A stretch of 44,619 nt of DNA from a virus (taxonomy: Duplodnaviria > Caudoviricetes): IMG/VR virus record IMGVR_UViG_3300020045_009036, positions 1-44,619 of that record. One strand, given 5' to 3'. Shown one piece after another: positions 26,073 to 36,008 of the stretch (positions within the stretch are counted from its first letter, which is position 1; the number at the start of each line of letters is the position of its first letter). The notes below the pieces were generated by a model, which worked only from the letters and a program-made list of their open reading frames with translations, made no database searches and was not told where the DNA came from. The translations under genes and the position numbers were made by a program.

Positions 26073-28120
26073 GACGGAATACAGAACTGCCCAAGCGTAA
26101 CCCCACTTTGCACATAAGTGTTGTTGATGCCCGTGATTATCTTGATACCTGTCACTGTTCCCATGATGATTTTTGTGCCATCGAAACAGATAGGTGTGCC
26201 GTTACCTGAGTTGGTTTCAGTAATATTTGTGGTATTTATCGTCTGCGCTCCAGTAATGGAGGACGCATTGACTCCATCACCACAAGGTTTGGTGTTGACG
26301 TGTTTAGCTGTGCCTGAATAACGCGGCATAAACATATTCACACCCCCCAATTTAAACGACGGAGAACCGAATGAATAGCTAGCGGCATAAGGAGAGGTAG
26401 TCGCTAATGCGTCATTGTTAATAACAACACCATTTGATAAGTTGAAGTGTGTGCAATATGTTCCACTTGCTGTAGTAGAGGCACGCCACAACAAACCGAT
26501 TGTCGAAGTAAGGATTTGCAAAGATGCGTCGTTATAAACAACGGTACTGCTAGTTTGAGGATAAGTTACTGCCCCTGCTGCCGAAATCATGACTAACTTG
26601 GCATTAGTCGCTAGTCCGATATAGCTCGGATAAACAAAGAAGTTACCGTTCGGCGCAACGGTAATCGTTCCTAGATAAACATTTTCAGCAAAAGTGGTTA
26701 AAGCTGCAAGCGTCCCTGCGGTCACGTTAGCAGCATCAAACGCAGACGCTCTGCTTAATCTGACAAGAATCGGAGTTGGTGAAGATGAATATGGTGTACA
26801 AAGAATATGCGTATCTGAGATAGCAATCGCTAATACCCCGCCCGCGCAGCACGTTAAGATAATACAAGAATCATCCACCGTATCCAGTCTAACCAAACCT
26901 GCACTAGAACCAACATAGAGATACCGTTCCCCGTCATACGCTAGATGACGATTACAACCTGTTCCCGCCGCCGTGATTTCAGTGACAGTTAGCGTAAGCG
27001 TATCGACTTTGTAGAGCTTCCCACTTGCTGTAGTCATGTAGTACGACAAACCTGTCGAAACTATATCAATTGGTTGCTGGCTGACACCTATTGTCAGCGA
27101 GAGAGCTGACCAAGCTGTATTTCCAAACCATGCCGAATCTATATAGGTAATCGGTTTATAAGCCGTATTCAATAACCAGTGATTGTTAGTTGTACCCTCG
27201 TTTGAATAGTTACCGTCCGAATCTACCTTCAATGCGATTTTATTCATACTACTACTACCACTGTTTCCAGTTACTTTTAACCCAAACATCGTGCCGTAGT
27301 TAGTGGCATACGTTTGGTCGTAGTTGTGAATCGGCTTAATGGGTAGGGTTAACTTACCTGTGATATTCCATTGATTCGCTATGAATTTATTGACTTGATT
27401 GCCTAGCGAAAACATAAACGACTGTGCGGCGGTAATCAGCCAATTCGGAAAGCTGACAGTGCCATAATCCGCCGCAAATCGTTTAGCCGCATTCACACCT
27501 GTTGAGCCATCTCTAGTTCTTGGCATTGAGCAAAGTGTGTAGTCATTGCCATTCAGACCTTTAGCAGAAGTAGAAACTGTTTGTTGCCCCAACATGGGTA
27601 AAGTCGCTGACATCCACGCCCAACACGGATAACCTGCTGCTGCCGTATCGTTGGGGTCTTCACGTCCCATCTCAAATACACCTGACCATAAACCTTGTTC
27701 GTTATTGATAAAGGAAGTAAAGGCAAGCCAGCGCGGAGATACCATCACAATCATGTCGCAGTTTTGAGTGGCAAAACCAACAGGACTGCAGTCAAAGAAA
27801 GTATGCGCTTCATTTGTTGCAACATGAGTAGTTGCATTCCATGATTCGCAAGTTGTGGTATTAAGTTCTTCTCTACCCAAATCCCATCGAGCAATTAAGT
27901 ATTTGAAGCTAATGCCGTCTTTATTTTGGGCTTTGAAAACTTGCGTTCTAAGTAAAGCGACCGTGACATCATCGTGTAATGTCCAACCCGTTGTCGCCAC
28001 GGGGGCTACCCCAATGACCGCATCGCGCACCGCGTCGATTAAACTGGCAAAGGTGTTGTTTGTACCGCTTGCGGTAACTTGTACTGTATTCGTCGCAAGA
28101 CTTGTTGCTGTGATTGTCAT
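26069..28120 (-). CDS. large T/S/G-rich fibre-like protein with probable beta-propeller region
   Basis: TGWTLHD N-terminal domain; repeated beta blades (LAYDGERYLYVGSSAGLVRLD). Confidence 0.6.
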   Translation of the reverse strand: MTITATSLATNTVQVTASGTNNTFASLIDAVRDAVIGVAPVATTGWTLHDDVTVALLRTQVFKAQNKDGISFKYLIARWDLGREELNTTTCESWNATTHVATNEAHTFFDCSPVGFATQNCDMIVMVSPRWLAFTSFINNEQGLWSGVFEMGREDPNDTAAAGYPCWAWMSATLPMLGQQTVSTSAKGLNGNDYTLCSMPRTRDGSTGVNAAKRFAADYGTVSFPNWLITAAQSFMFSLGNQVNKFIANQWNITGKLTLPIKPIHNYDQTYATNYGTMFGLKVTGNSGSSSMNKIALKVDSDGNYSNEGTTNNHWLLNTAYKPITYIDSAWFGNTAWSALSLTIGVSQQPIDIVSTGLSYYMTTASGKLYKVDTLTLTVTEITAAGTGCNRHLAYDGERYLYVGSSAGLVRLDTVDDSCIILTCCAGGVLAIAISDTHILCTPYSSSPTPILVRLSRASAFDAANVTAGTLAALTTFAENVYLGTITVAPNGNFFVYPSYIGLATNAKLVMISAAGAVTYPQTSSTVVYNDASLQILTSTIGLLWRASTTASGTYCTHFNLSNGVVINNDALATTSPYAASYSFGSPSFKLGGVNMFMPRYSGTAKHVNTKPCGDGVNASSITGAQTINTTNITETNSGNGTPICFDGTKIIMGTVTGIKIITGINNTYVQSGVTLGQFCIPS

Positions 28121-28464
28121 GTATATACCAAAGTTAGTGAGAGGTTTTCACCGCCTGACGTGGTTAAATCAGCAGTCAGATAATCGGTTGATAAGACAGG
28201 GATTGAAACAGCTTGCGGCGTGGACTTGCTGGCATTCGCCGAAATCGTTACCGCACCCACCGACACACCATTTTTCTTTAATGTCGCTGAAATCGGCGAG
28301 GCAGATTGCACACCAACGGCGGCATAAAGTGACGTAATCGCAATGTCCTGCGGTGGGTAAAATTTCGCATTCCCTGTCGTTGGCACTAACACGCCGAAAA
28401 AGTTAAACAACCGAGTTTGCGAGCCGCTAACAGATTCGATTTGTTTAGCCTTAATCTTGTTCAC
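28117..28464 (-). CDS. small beta-sandwich structural-like protein
   Basis: KIKAKQI N-terminal tag; DYLTADL...GENLSLTL C-terminus. Confidence 0.55.
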   Translation of the reverse strand: MNKIKAKQIESVSGSQTRLFNFFGVLVPTTGNAKFYPPQDIAITSLYAAVGVQSASPISATLKKNGVSVGAVTISANASKSTPQAVSIPVLSTDYLTADLTTSGGENLSLTLVYT

Positions 28465-28466
28465 GA

Positions 28467-29171
28467 TTAACCCGCATACGCATAAGTAGCGACAATTTTA
28501 TCGGTCGTTTCTAAGTCAAATCCGCCTGTTGCGGCGGTTGCTGTCCAAGTCACGGTCGTCCCTGAAACGGTAAAAGATTCGGGCTGGTTGTAGGTCGCTG
28601 TGTTGATAATCAGCACCACGTCATTGCCGTCTTTTGGCGTTTGAGCGAGCGTTAATGCAGTTTGACCGTTTGTCGTAATCGTAATCGGGTCGTTAATGTG
28701 CAAATGTGCCGAGGCGGAACTAGCGTCATATTCATCAATACCTTCCCCTGCATAAACAATCGAGGTAGCTTTGTAATTCGCAGCTTGAACGACTTCACAC
28801 CAACGGAAATTGATGTTAGACCCAACCAGCGGATGACCCGTAAAGTCGAAAGGAACTTCCGTGCCGTTCACCAGTGAGAAATAACTTAACGTCCATGCGC
28901 CCGATGTTTCAGTTAATCGTGCAAACACCGATGTGCCGTGTGCATCGTCAGTAATTTGATGACCCGAACCCGCGACACGCAAGAAAACCTTATTATGCGG
29001 CGTTGAAGCAATAACCCCCGCTGTCGTATCGTTACCGCCCGACGCTAAACCTGTGAAGAAGGTTGTGACCGCTTGCGAATCGGCTGCACTTAACACTAAA
29101 TTGGTTGACCAGTGAACTTGTCCGACCAATAAATCAAACTGTTTTGCCGCTATTTTCTTTTGAGTTGCCAT
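28467..29171 (-). CDS. structural-like protein
   Basis: KIAAKQF tag; NGQTALTL...FTVSGTTVTW...FDLETTDKIVATY domain. Confidence 0.55.
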   Translation of the reverse strand: MATQKKIAAKQFDLLVGQVHWSTNLVLSAADSQAVTTFFTGLASGGNDTTAGVIASTPHNKVFLRVAGSGHQITDDAHGTSVFARLTETSGAWTLSYFSLVNGTEVPFDFTGHPLVGSNINFRWCEVVQAANYKATSIVYAGEGIDEYDASSASAHLHINDPITITTNGQTALTLAQTPKDGNDVVLIINTATYNQPESFTVSGTTVTWTATAATGGFDLETTDKIVATYAYAG

Positions 29172-29183
29172 GATTTTTCCTGA

Positions 29184-29507
29184 TTAGTAATAAACTCGTA
29201 ATTCGTCGGTGTCGTCAATCTCGCCTGCTGTGTAGCCTGTAATGGTTAGATTAACGCCACTTACTGAATGTGAAGCGTGAATACCATTTATATAAACAGA
29301 CGTTCCTTTTGATGGTGGAATATCAGGTAATGAATAGGTTAAAACCCCTGCGGTCATTAACGTTTCAAGTTGTAAAACCGCCCCTGCGCCTGCTGTCCCT
29401 TTTTCACCTTTCAACCCTGGCAATCCCGTGACTTTTACAGATTGCATTGACTGTGAAACTTTCACAGTTTGCGGGGCTGTTGTGACTTTGATAACGTTTT
29501 CAGCCAT
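29184..29507 (-). CDS. small structural-like protein with short collagen motif
   Basis: GLPGLKGEKGTAG; VYING...DELRVYY. Confidence 0.55.
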   Translation of the reverse strand: MAENVIKVTTAPQTVKVSQSMQSVKVTGLPGLKGEKGTAGAGAVLQLETLMTAGVLTYSLPDIPPSKGTSVYINGIHASHSVSGVNLTITGYTAGEIDDTDELRVYY

Positions 29508-29512
29508 GATGG

Positions 29513-29920
29513 TTAGGCAATCGCTTGAGTAACTTGTGGATAAACGATAATCGGATCAATCGGGTCGTAAATAGGTGGCAAAATCGTTGTAATGCCTTCG
29601 CCATTTGCGCCAGGACGTTTCATTTGCAAATCATAAAAATAGCTTCCAGGTAGCACGTTTGCTAATGCTGATGACGACAATGTTAAAAATACAATTCCTT
29701 CAGCTGGCGTATCATTTGCGCTATCACCTGCTACCTTTGAAACCTGTAATGCCGCATTCACGTCTAAATCTAAAATGTCTTTTTTGAGCGTAAACCAAAA
29801 TTTGTAATCAGTTAAATCGGTTGTTGGGGCAATACGAACCCCTTTTTCATCTAACCCCGACATATCAATTTTTAAAACTCGCTCGTCACCTTGTCGCAAG
29901 TCATCACAATAATTTGCCAT
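29513..29920 (-). CDS. BppU-N-like adaptor protein
   Basis: RQGD....DLTDY...FTLK...G.V.LTLS.......PGSYFYDLQ. Confidence 0.55.
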   Translation of the reverse strand: MANYCDDLRQGDERVLKIDMSGLDEKGVRIAPTTDLTDYKFWFTLKKDILDLDVNAALQVSKVAGDSANDTPAEGIVFLTLSSSALANVLPGSYFYDLQMKRPGANGEGITTILPPIYDPIDPIIVYPQVTQAIA

Positions 29921-30425
29921 GCTCAACCGCCAAAAATAATTTACATTCTGCTTCCCGACGCAACGTCAATCCTTTTAATACTTTGCCGTTGCATTTATTC
30001 CAACGAGCAAATTGAATCGCCGCATTTTTGTGGTCGCCTGCGTTAAGTAAGGATAAAAGCGTGGATTCTTTGAAATTTTCAGTGCCGATATTGAACATAA
30101 ACGACACCAATGCACCGCGTTTATTTTCGTTTAATGTCACTTTAACTAATTTATTTACTGATTTTTCAAAGCGTTCGATGTCTTCATCGAGCATTTTTTC
30201 TGCTTCTTCGATAGTCAAAGCGGGGTATAGTCGATAAGCCTCTGCTTTATCTTTATCACCCATCAAAAAACGGGTTCTATCCGCATTCATCAACGCGCGA
30301 CCAAAGCCCGCTGTCCAAATTGTGCGCGGACACATTTTGGGTTGCAGCCCAATTTGGGTTAAATCGCCATCATGCAAACTTTCAAAGTGCATGATGATTC
30401 CTTTTTTCGCTGCTTCACAAATCAT
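29904..30425 (-). CDS. endolysin, GH24 lysozyme
   Basis: FESL...WTAG(F)G...ALVSF.FNIG..NF..STLL...QFARWNK..GKVLKGL..RREAE; likely start MICEAAKK. Confidence 0.9.
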   Translation of the reverse strand: MICEAAKKGIIMHFESLHDGDLTQIGLQPKMCPRTIWTAGFGRALMNADRTRFLMGDKDKAEAYRLYPALTIEEAEKMLDEDIERFEKSVNKLVKVTLNENKRGALVSFMFNIGTENFKESTLLSLLNAGDHKNAAIQFARWNKCNGKVLKGLTLRREAECKLFLAVEHGKLL

Positions 30426-30429
30426 GTGT

Positions 30430-30579
30430 TTATCCTTTGCTAACAAAAATTGCAGTCGCTAACATTGTGACAGCGGCTTTTTGATCAGGCGTTAAATCTA
30501 AGCCAAAAAATGCCCCACCGACGGCGAATAATGCTGCCCACGTTGAGGGTTCGCGTAATCTTGAAAGTAGCCAATTCAT
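30430..30579 (-). CDS. holin-like 49-aa membrane protein (not in ORF track)
   Basis: MNWLLSRLREPSTWAALFAVGGAFFGLDLTPDQKAAVTMLATAIFVSKG*; directly upstream of the lysozyme. Confidence 0.65.
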   Translation of the reverse strand: MNWLLSRLREPSTWAALFAVGGAFFGLDLTPDQKAAVTMLATAIFVSKG

Positions 30580-30899
30580 TTGCTGCACCGCTCAAAACAA
30601 TCTGCTTTATCGGGTTTTGTCGAGAGTAAGTCCGTGATTGCGTCGAGCTTCCCCATTATTTTGTCTGTCACCCTGTCGAATCGTTCATTTGTGACATACG
30701 ATTCGCGTGTGTCTTGGACGCATTCACGCAAATCGTCTAGCTCTTTTTTTAGAGCATCATTGCCTTTTTGCAACATGTCACTGCGCTGTTCAGATATTTT
30801 GTTGTGCAGTGAAACTGAGCGCATCCAAACCGCATTAGCAATAACGCCGAGAAACCCTGCAATAACTAAAACGTTATCCGTGCTAAGTTCTAAAATCAC
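30576..30899 (-). CDS. TM plus coiled-coil protein of the lysis cassette
   Basis: N-terminal TM helix; YVT.ERF...KLD motif. Confidence 0.6.
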   Translation of the reverse strand: MILELSTDNVLVIAGFLGVIANAVWMRSVSLHNKISEQRSDMLQKGNDALKKELDDLRECVQDTRESYVTNERFDRVTDKIMGKLDAITDLLSTKPDKADCFERCSK

Positions 30900-30948
30900 A
30901 ATTCATTCCTAACAGTTGCCGCGCTACGTTTAAGGCGCGGCGGGTAAA

Positions 30949-31281
30949 TTAAACAGTGCCGTTCAAGCGCACACGCCCAACAGGCGACAGATTCGCCGCA
31001 GGTTCAATCGCACAACCAATTAACGTGTTAGATGTGGCAGTGGTGGTGCAGTGTTTGTTGGTATCATCCCAATAAATCTTTGCACCCACTGTCCACGCTT
31101 CCGCGCTGTTTTTTGCGAGTTCCCAGCAACCTTCTGTGTGACATGAGCCACTTTCACCAAGTGCTAAAGAGATGCTTGCCACTGCAAATAAGGTACCGAC
31201 TAACAAACCGCCACCACTTAGAACGGCGTAAGACGCGGTTAAATTGAGTACGTCACCATCTTGAATATAATTTTGTGCCAT
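30949..31281 (-). CDS. DUF2190-family capsid-associated protein
   Basis: MAQNYIQDG...G.KIYWD...IG.A......VRLNG directly after the capsid gene. Confidence 0.85.
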   Translation of the reverse strand: MAQNYIQDGDVLNLTASYAVLSGGGLLVGTLFAVASISLALGESGSCHTEGCWELAKNSAEAWTVGAKIYWDDTNKHCTTTATSNTLIGCAIEPAANLSPVGRVRLNGTV

Positions 31282-31284
31282 GAC

Positions 31285-33258
31285 TTACGCTCCTACGTTT
31301 TTCTGTGCGCCGCGATAATCCACCACGCCCACACCAAAATCTAAACGCACTTTGTATTTTGTGCCGTCGGTAGTGAAACCTTCTTCACTGTCAATAAACG
31401 GCTGTTCGTTACCGTCTAAAAACGCCACTTCTAAAGTCGGTGTATCATTTGGATTGGCGAACATATACCACGCATTGCCCGTTAATCGTGGTGTGTCTAC
31501 GATTTGCGAAACGACGTTGTAAGATTTGTTTTTGCGCTGTAATTTGTTCGGTGTGTCAGGGTCGAATTCTGAACCGACAACCACCCGCGCATCACCACCC
31601 ATTGAAGTAGGGCAAAGTAAAATGTCAGGGCGAATGTCTAGGAATTCTTCACCACCGATACTTTTTTGTTTCGCCATGCCAACGCGCAACGTGTCTAACG
31701 AATCAACTGAAATCACTGTGCCTGTTGAAACTAAGTTGCCGTGATCGGCATGGAATAAATTTTTACCGTCTGCCATGACAGGATTTGAAAGCAATAACGC
31801 ATAAACGGCTTTTTCAATTGTCAGTGCAGCGGCTTTGCCGAGTGACGCGGTCAAATCTAACCATGCACCTAAATCGTCATTGATAATCATCTTGCGACTT
31901 AGCGTCACGATGTTACCGAATGTGCCGATTTGCAACGATTCCAACTCACCGTCAGCGAGTTTTTTATGACGGTATTCGCCGTTTTCGTCTACTTCGTCAA
32001 GCGAGCTAAGTTCAGCAGTTCTAATACGATTCCATTTTCTGAAATCAGTAACAGAACCTGTTTTAGCAATCATTTTCCAAGTGTGTGCCGCTTCGGTGTA
32101 AGCACTAAGCAAAACAGAATTGGTGGTGTGATCTAAGATAATCGGGAAGTCACTGGTTGAAGAGGTAATTGCCCGTTTAACCATGTCGTTATCACTTAAA
32201 CCGTGTGTTTTTTCGCCACCACGTTCTAACGAATCACGAGCCAATTCACGCAATGAAAGCCCTGCATACGGATTGCCTTTTAACTTTTCAATCCGTTCAC
32301 TCGATTTTAAGAAACCGCCACGCGCTAAAATTGAGTTGACTGCCGCGTCACGTTTTAATTCGCTTTCGTCTGCGCCCATCACAATGTGCGAGGTGTGTGT
32401 GGGTGTGGCTTTGGCACGTTCAATCATTTCATCGAGTGCCATTTTGCGTGCCATATCTGCTGACACGTTTTCAGTGATTAGCTTTTGTGCAAATTCATCA
32501 TCTAAACTTGCGGCGCGAACGGCGTGTTGAATGTCAGAAACGCGCTGACGTTCATCTTCAACTGCTTTTTTGCGCTCTGCTTCAATGTTAATCGGTGCTG
32601 TAGCAGGTGGATTTTCTGCCGAGCGTTCTTTGTCTTTTTCGGCTAATTTAGCCAACGCGGCTCTTTCTTCGGGGGTCATAGGTTTCTCTTTTTCATTAGT
32701 AATTTCAATGGAACGCACTTGCGCTCCAACGTCTGCGGGAATGGTCACAAGAGATATTTCTTGCGGTGTCCAGCGTGTTGCGGTGTAAATGGGTAAATCG
32801 TTTTGACGTTCTTCAATCGTGACGGTTTCAATCGAATAACCGACGCTAATTGAACGTAAAATGCCTGCTTTCACATCGGCTAAAATCGGGGCAACGCTTT
32901 CGCGTTCTGAAAAACGCACGATTGCTTTGCCGATTCCTTTGTCAATCCAAGCGCGTTCCACTACGCCGATAACGTCTTCAAGGCTGTAGCGTGAATGGTT
33001 GGCAAGTAACGGCGCACCACTTTCAAGGCGTGATAAATCGACCGATTCTTTGTCTACTTTCAAACGCTCAATGAAATAGCGGTCACGTTGCCAGTCATAA
33101 CGTCTGTAATCTGCACCCGTTGAAAAAATCAGTTCAACGGTGCGTTTTTCTTCATTAAAAGTAGTCGGTTCAAATGCCGCGCGAATTCTTAACTCGTCGG
33201 GCTTTTCTGGTTTGGCAGAGCGCGTAAAAAACGCGGCTTGATTATTTGGTGGCTGCAT
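31285..33258 (-). CDS. prohead protease - major capsid protein fusion
   Basis: PLLANH...SISVGY...W.P.EISLV.IPAD protease; TSDFP.IL...IINDDL...KVRLDFG capsid. Confidence 0.9.
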   Translation of the reverse strand: MQPPNNQAAFFTRSAKPEKPDELRIRAAFEPTTFNEEKRTVELIFSTGADYRRYDWQRDRYFIERLKVDKESVDLSRLESGAPLLANHSRYSLEDVIGVVERAWIDKGIGKAIVRFSERESVAPILADVKAGILRSISVGYSIETVTIEERQNDLPIYTATRWTPQEISLVTIPADVGAQVRSIEITNEKEKPMTPEERAALAKLAEKDKERSAENPPATAPINIEAERKKAVEDERQRVSDIQHAVRAASLDDEFAQKLITENVSADMARKMALDEMIERAKATPTHTSHIVMGADESELKRDAAVNSILARGGFLKSSERIEKLKGNPYAGLSLRELARDSLERGGEKTHGLSDNDMVKRAITSSTSDFPIILDHTTNSVLLSAYTEAAHTWKMIAKTGSVTDFRKWNRIRTAELSSLDEVDENGEYRHKKLADGELESLQIGTFGNIVTLSRKMIINDDLGAWLDLTASLGKAAALTIEKAVYALLLSNPVMADGKNLFHADHGNLVSTGTVISVDSLDTLRVGMAKQKSIGGEEFLDIRPDILLCPTSMGGDARVVVGSEFDPDTPNKLQRKNKSYNVVSQIVDTPRLTGNAWYMFANPNDTPTLEVAFLDGNEQPFIDSEEGFTTDGTKYKVRLDFGVGVVDYRGAQKNVGA

Positions 33259-34657
33259 TGTCTACCTGTGAGTTTTGTTTAAGTTGTACACGCGGGTCAG
33301 TGTCGAGCGTGATGTTTAAGCTATCGAGTAATGCGTTAGTGTCTGCGATTTCTTTCAACACTTTTTTCGCGTTAAAACCTAATTCGCGCATCGCTTCAGG
33401 ATAGGATTTGAAACCCGCTCGCACGGCTTTTGCCATTGCAGGGATTTCGCGTGTTGGATCAGTGAGTGTTTTCGCTGGCGGTGTCCAAGTGAATTTGGCG
33501 TTGTTCGTGTTGGCACTTGCTAACATCGCGGCATTCAAAAAGGCTTTACCGACACTTTCACAAAAAGTTGGAATCATCATTTGCCATTGCCATTGCTCAA
33601 CATTCAAAAACATTGAACTGCGGCTCATGCGTGCTGACGAAAAATTGACTTGCGACATATCGCCTGTTAATTCTTCGTAAGTGATACCGCTACCCGTCGC
33701 AATATCACGCAAAGTCTCGCGTACAAAATCGCCCGAAGTGGCGGCAGGTGGTTCACTAAATTCGATACGGCGACCTGTTTTGAGGGCGAAAATCGTTCCT
33801 GGTGACAAATCGGGGATTTCTTCACTGATTTCTTCAGCGGCTTCTTGCGGGTGTTCGTCATACAAAAAGCCTGCAAAAAGGTTTGAAAGCTGTTGACGTT
33901 TTAATTGTGCGTCTTGAAAAATATCGAGTTCGCGCAATTTGACCATTACCGTTGAAAGCCAAGGCGTGCCACGCGCTTGACCTGTTCTATCAACGCGAAA
34001 AACGTGAATGATGTCGCTGGCAGGTACGCGAGTAGATTTGAGTTTTAAACCAAATGCGTTGCCTGAATGGGCGTTGAAAAGGTGATACGCCACTAAAACG
34101 CCGTTTGCATCGAATTCAATGCCACGCACAATCAAGCCGCCTGTTTTTAAAACGCCGTGTTTGCCGTCGTCTAAATAATCAGGTTCAAGCACTTTAAGTT
34201 TCAAAGGAATTGAAACGCCTTTGTCGGTGCGAATGATTTTTGCAGGAACTTTGCGGATTAAACATTCGCCCGATTCCACCACGCAACGCATGACTAAACG
34301 TTGCAAGCCGTAAAAATCGTGACGACCGTCAGCATCGCAATCGGTGCTTTCTGCCCACGCTTGCCAAAGTTGTTCAAGTTTTTCGTTGTCTTGGATTTCG
34401 CCGACGATTCCCGTGCCGATGGTGTGAGCGGTAATCGCTTGCACAATTCGGGCGGCGTGTGGATTGTTGCGAACTAAATCACGCGAACGGTCGCGCATAA
34501 GTGGCAATGACAATGCCATTGCAGCAGTCGCGTCGCTGGGTTTGGTTTTCCAACCTGAAAGGCGATTTGATTTGCTACCCGCTTCGTAATTACGAGTTTG
34601 AATGTCGCCGTTGTAACGGTTCGTTTTTTTCGCTTTGCGATTCCAAAACCACGCCAT
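33242..34657 (-). CDS. lambda-family portal protein
   Basis: RSRDLVRNN, GQARG.PWL, YEELTGD.SQVNFSSAR. Confidence 0.92.
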   Translation of the reverse strand: MAWFWNRKAKKTNRYNGDIQTRNYEAGSKSNRLSGWKTKPSDATAAMALSLPLMRDRSRDLVRNNPHAARIVQAITAHTIGTGIVGEIQDNEKLEQLWQAWAESTDCDADGRHDFYGLQRLVMRCVVESGECLIRKVPAKIIRTDKGVSIPLKLKVLEPDYLDDGKHGVLKTGGLIVRGIEFDANGVLVAYHLFNAHSGNAFGLKLKSTRVPASDIIHVFRVDRTGQARGTPWLSTVMVKLRELDIFQDAQLKRQQLSNLFAGFLYDEHPQEAAEEISEEIPDLSPGTIFALKTGRRIEFSEPPAATSGDFVRETLRDIATGSGITYEELTGDMSQVNFSSARMSRSSMFLNVEQWQWQMMIPTFCESVGKAFLNAAMLASANTNNAKFTWTPPAKTLTDPTREIPAMAKAVRAGFKSYPEAMRELGFNAKKVLKEIADTNALLDSLNITLDTDPRVQLKQNSQVDNAATK

Positions 34658-34659
34658 GA

Positions 34660-34875
34660 CTACAGCCCCTTACTCGTGACGAAATTTATCGCACGGCTAC
34701 GGGTGCGCGTGTCGGTTTGAGCAACCCCTAAATCGGCGCGAATAAGGTCACGCGCTTTTATCATGTCATTGGTTGACTGATAGCGCACACTGCGGTCACG
34801 GAATCGGACTTCAAGTTGTCCCGATGCAATTGCCGTGTTTATTATAGTTAGGTCGTCTGTCGTAAATTCACTCAT
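34660..34875 (-). CDS. gpW-like head completion protein
   Basis: AIASG...V...DRSV.Y.S; immediately upstream of the portal. Confidence 0.8.
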   Translation of the reverse strand: MSEFTTDDLTIINTAIASGQLEVRFRDRSVRYQSTNDMIKARDLIRADLGVAQTDTRTRSRAINFVTSKGL

Positions 34876-34884
34876 AGTGGCGAC

Positions 34885-34930
34885 AGATTACAGAAGGGCT
34901 TGTGTAATTTTCTACCCTAGTTTTTACACA
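34885..34930 (-). promoter_or_regulatory. candidate activator-dependent late promoter
   Basis: Inverted TGTGTAA...TTACACA (34901-34930) upstream of a TAATCT -10 box with no -35; a Mor/C-like gene is present. Confidence 0.45.
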
Positions 34931-34950
34931 AAATGATTTTTTATAGGCAC

Positions 34951-34990
34951 AAAAAAAGCCCTCGAACCAGTGACGGCGCGAGGGCTTTTT
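34951..34990 (-). terminator. intrinsic, possibly bidirectional, terminator
   Basis: AAAAAAAGCCCTCG...CGAGGGCTTTTT. Confidence 0.75.
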
Positions 34991-35001
34991 GTTGTTTTTC
35001 T

Positions 35002-35106
35002 TTACTTCAAAAGAATCATCACAATGGCAAAAGCAATCATTGCTTTTATACAAAATAGGTCAATGTCAATTTTAATCAGCCTTTTTTCAATTTCATAGTC
35101 GCTCAT
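35002..35106 (-). CDS. 34-aa peptide with hydrophobic C-terminus (not in ORF track)
   Basis: MSDYEIEKRLIKIDIDLFCIKAMIAFAIVMILLK*; ATGA overlap with the HNH gene. Confidence 0.4.
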   Translation of the reverse strand: MSDYEIEKRLIKIDIDLFCIKAMIAFAIVMILLK

Positions 35107-35945
35107 TTCATCACCTCATAATCAAAAATCGATTGTTGTTTTAACTTCATGTGAACACCTGCCAGTTTTGCGTGATTGCGTTTCACGCGCTGTTGAATTT
35201 GCACAGGTGGCATTTTGTCACGCTTCAACAAATTATCCTTAGCCCACAACGGTTGCAAATTGCTGTAATGATTCAAGCGCAAAACATCTTCTTCGGTTTT
35301 GGCTGATGCTATTGGAATAATGTGGTCAATGTGCCACTTATCACGATTATCCCAATTCATGCCGTCCACAAATTGCGCCTCAAGATGCGCGGCAAAGGTT
35401 TCATAATCACAACCCAAAATTTTATGCGTGCGAGATTTTTTGGTGTATTTTTTTCTTTTTAGTGACTCTCTAATAGAGTGGGTAATCCGATTTTTTAGCA
35501 CATAAATAGGATTATTTTTTCTTTCTTTTTTCTTCCAAGCGCGAGATGCTTCCCTTACTTTTTCAAGATTCCTTTTATGCCAAGCGCGTAATGTTTCCCT
35601 TATTTTTTCAGGATTCGCTTTACGATAAGCGCGATGACGTTCACTAATTTTTTCAAAATTTTCTATATAGTAATTGAGTTGATATTCCCTTACTTTTTCA
35701 TGATTCGCTTTACGATAAGCACGATTACGTTCCCTTACTTTTTCAGGATTCGCTTTACGATAAGCACGATCACGTTCACTAATTTTTTCAGGATTCGCTT
35801 CACAATAAGCGCGTTGACGCTCTTTATGGCATTTTTTACAAATGCTAATAAATCCGAATTTGTATCTACTGTTTTTATAAAAACAACTAAACTCTAATTC
35901 CAGTTTGCATTTTGAACAGACTTTTGTTTTTATTTCTTTTGCCAT
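35103..35945 (-). CDS. HNH homing-type endonuclease with 15-aa repeats
   Basis: CSKC..CKKC zinc finger, AYRKANPEK(I/V).ER.R repeats (45-bp period), GMNWDN..WHIDHIIP...HYSNLQPLWA.DN. Confidence 0.85.
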   Translation of the reverse strand: MAKEIKTKVCSKCKLELEFSCFYKNSRYKFGFISICKKCHKERQRAYCEANPEKISERDRAYRKANPEKVRERNRAYRKANHEKVREYQLNYYIENFEKISERHRAYRKANPEKIRETLRAWHKRNLEKVREASRAWKKKERKNNPIYVLKNRITHSIRESLKRKKYTKKSRTHKILGCDYETFAAHLEAQFVDGMNWDNRDKWHIDHIIPIASAKTEEDVLRLNHYSNLQPLWAKDNLLKRDKMPPVQIQQRVKRNHAKLAGVHMKLKQQSIFDYEVMK

Positions 35946-36008
35946 TCCAACCTCCAAAACTTTCACAAACCACCACGCCACAATCAACGCGGTGGCATTC
36001 GTCAAACG

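Noticed and set aside
35580-35820. 45-bp tandem repeats as a separate element
   Set aside because: They encode the ordinary helical AYRKANPEK repeats of the HNH protein.
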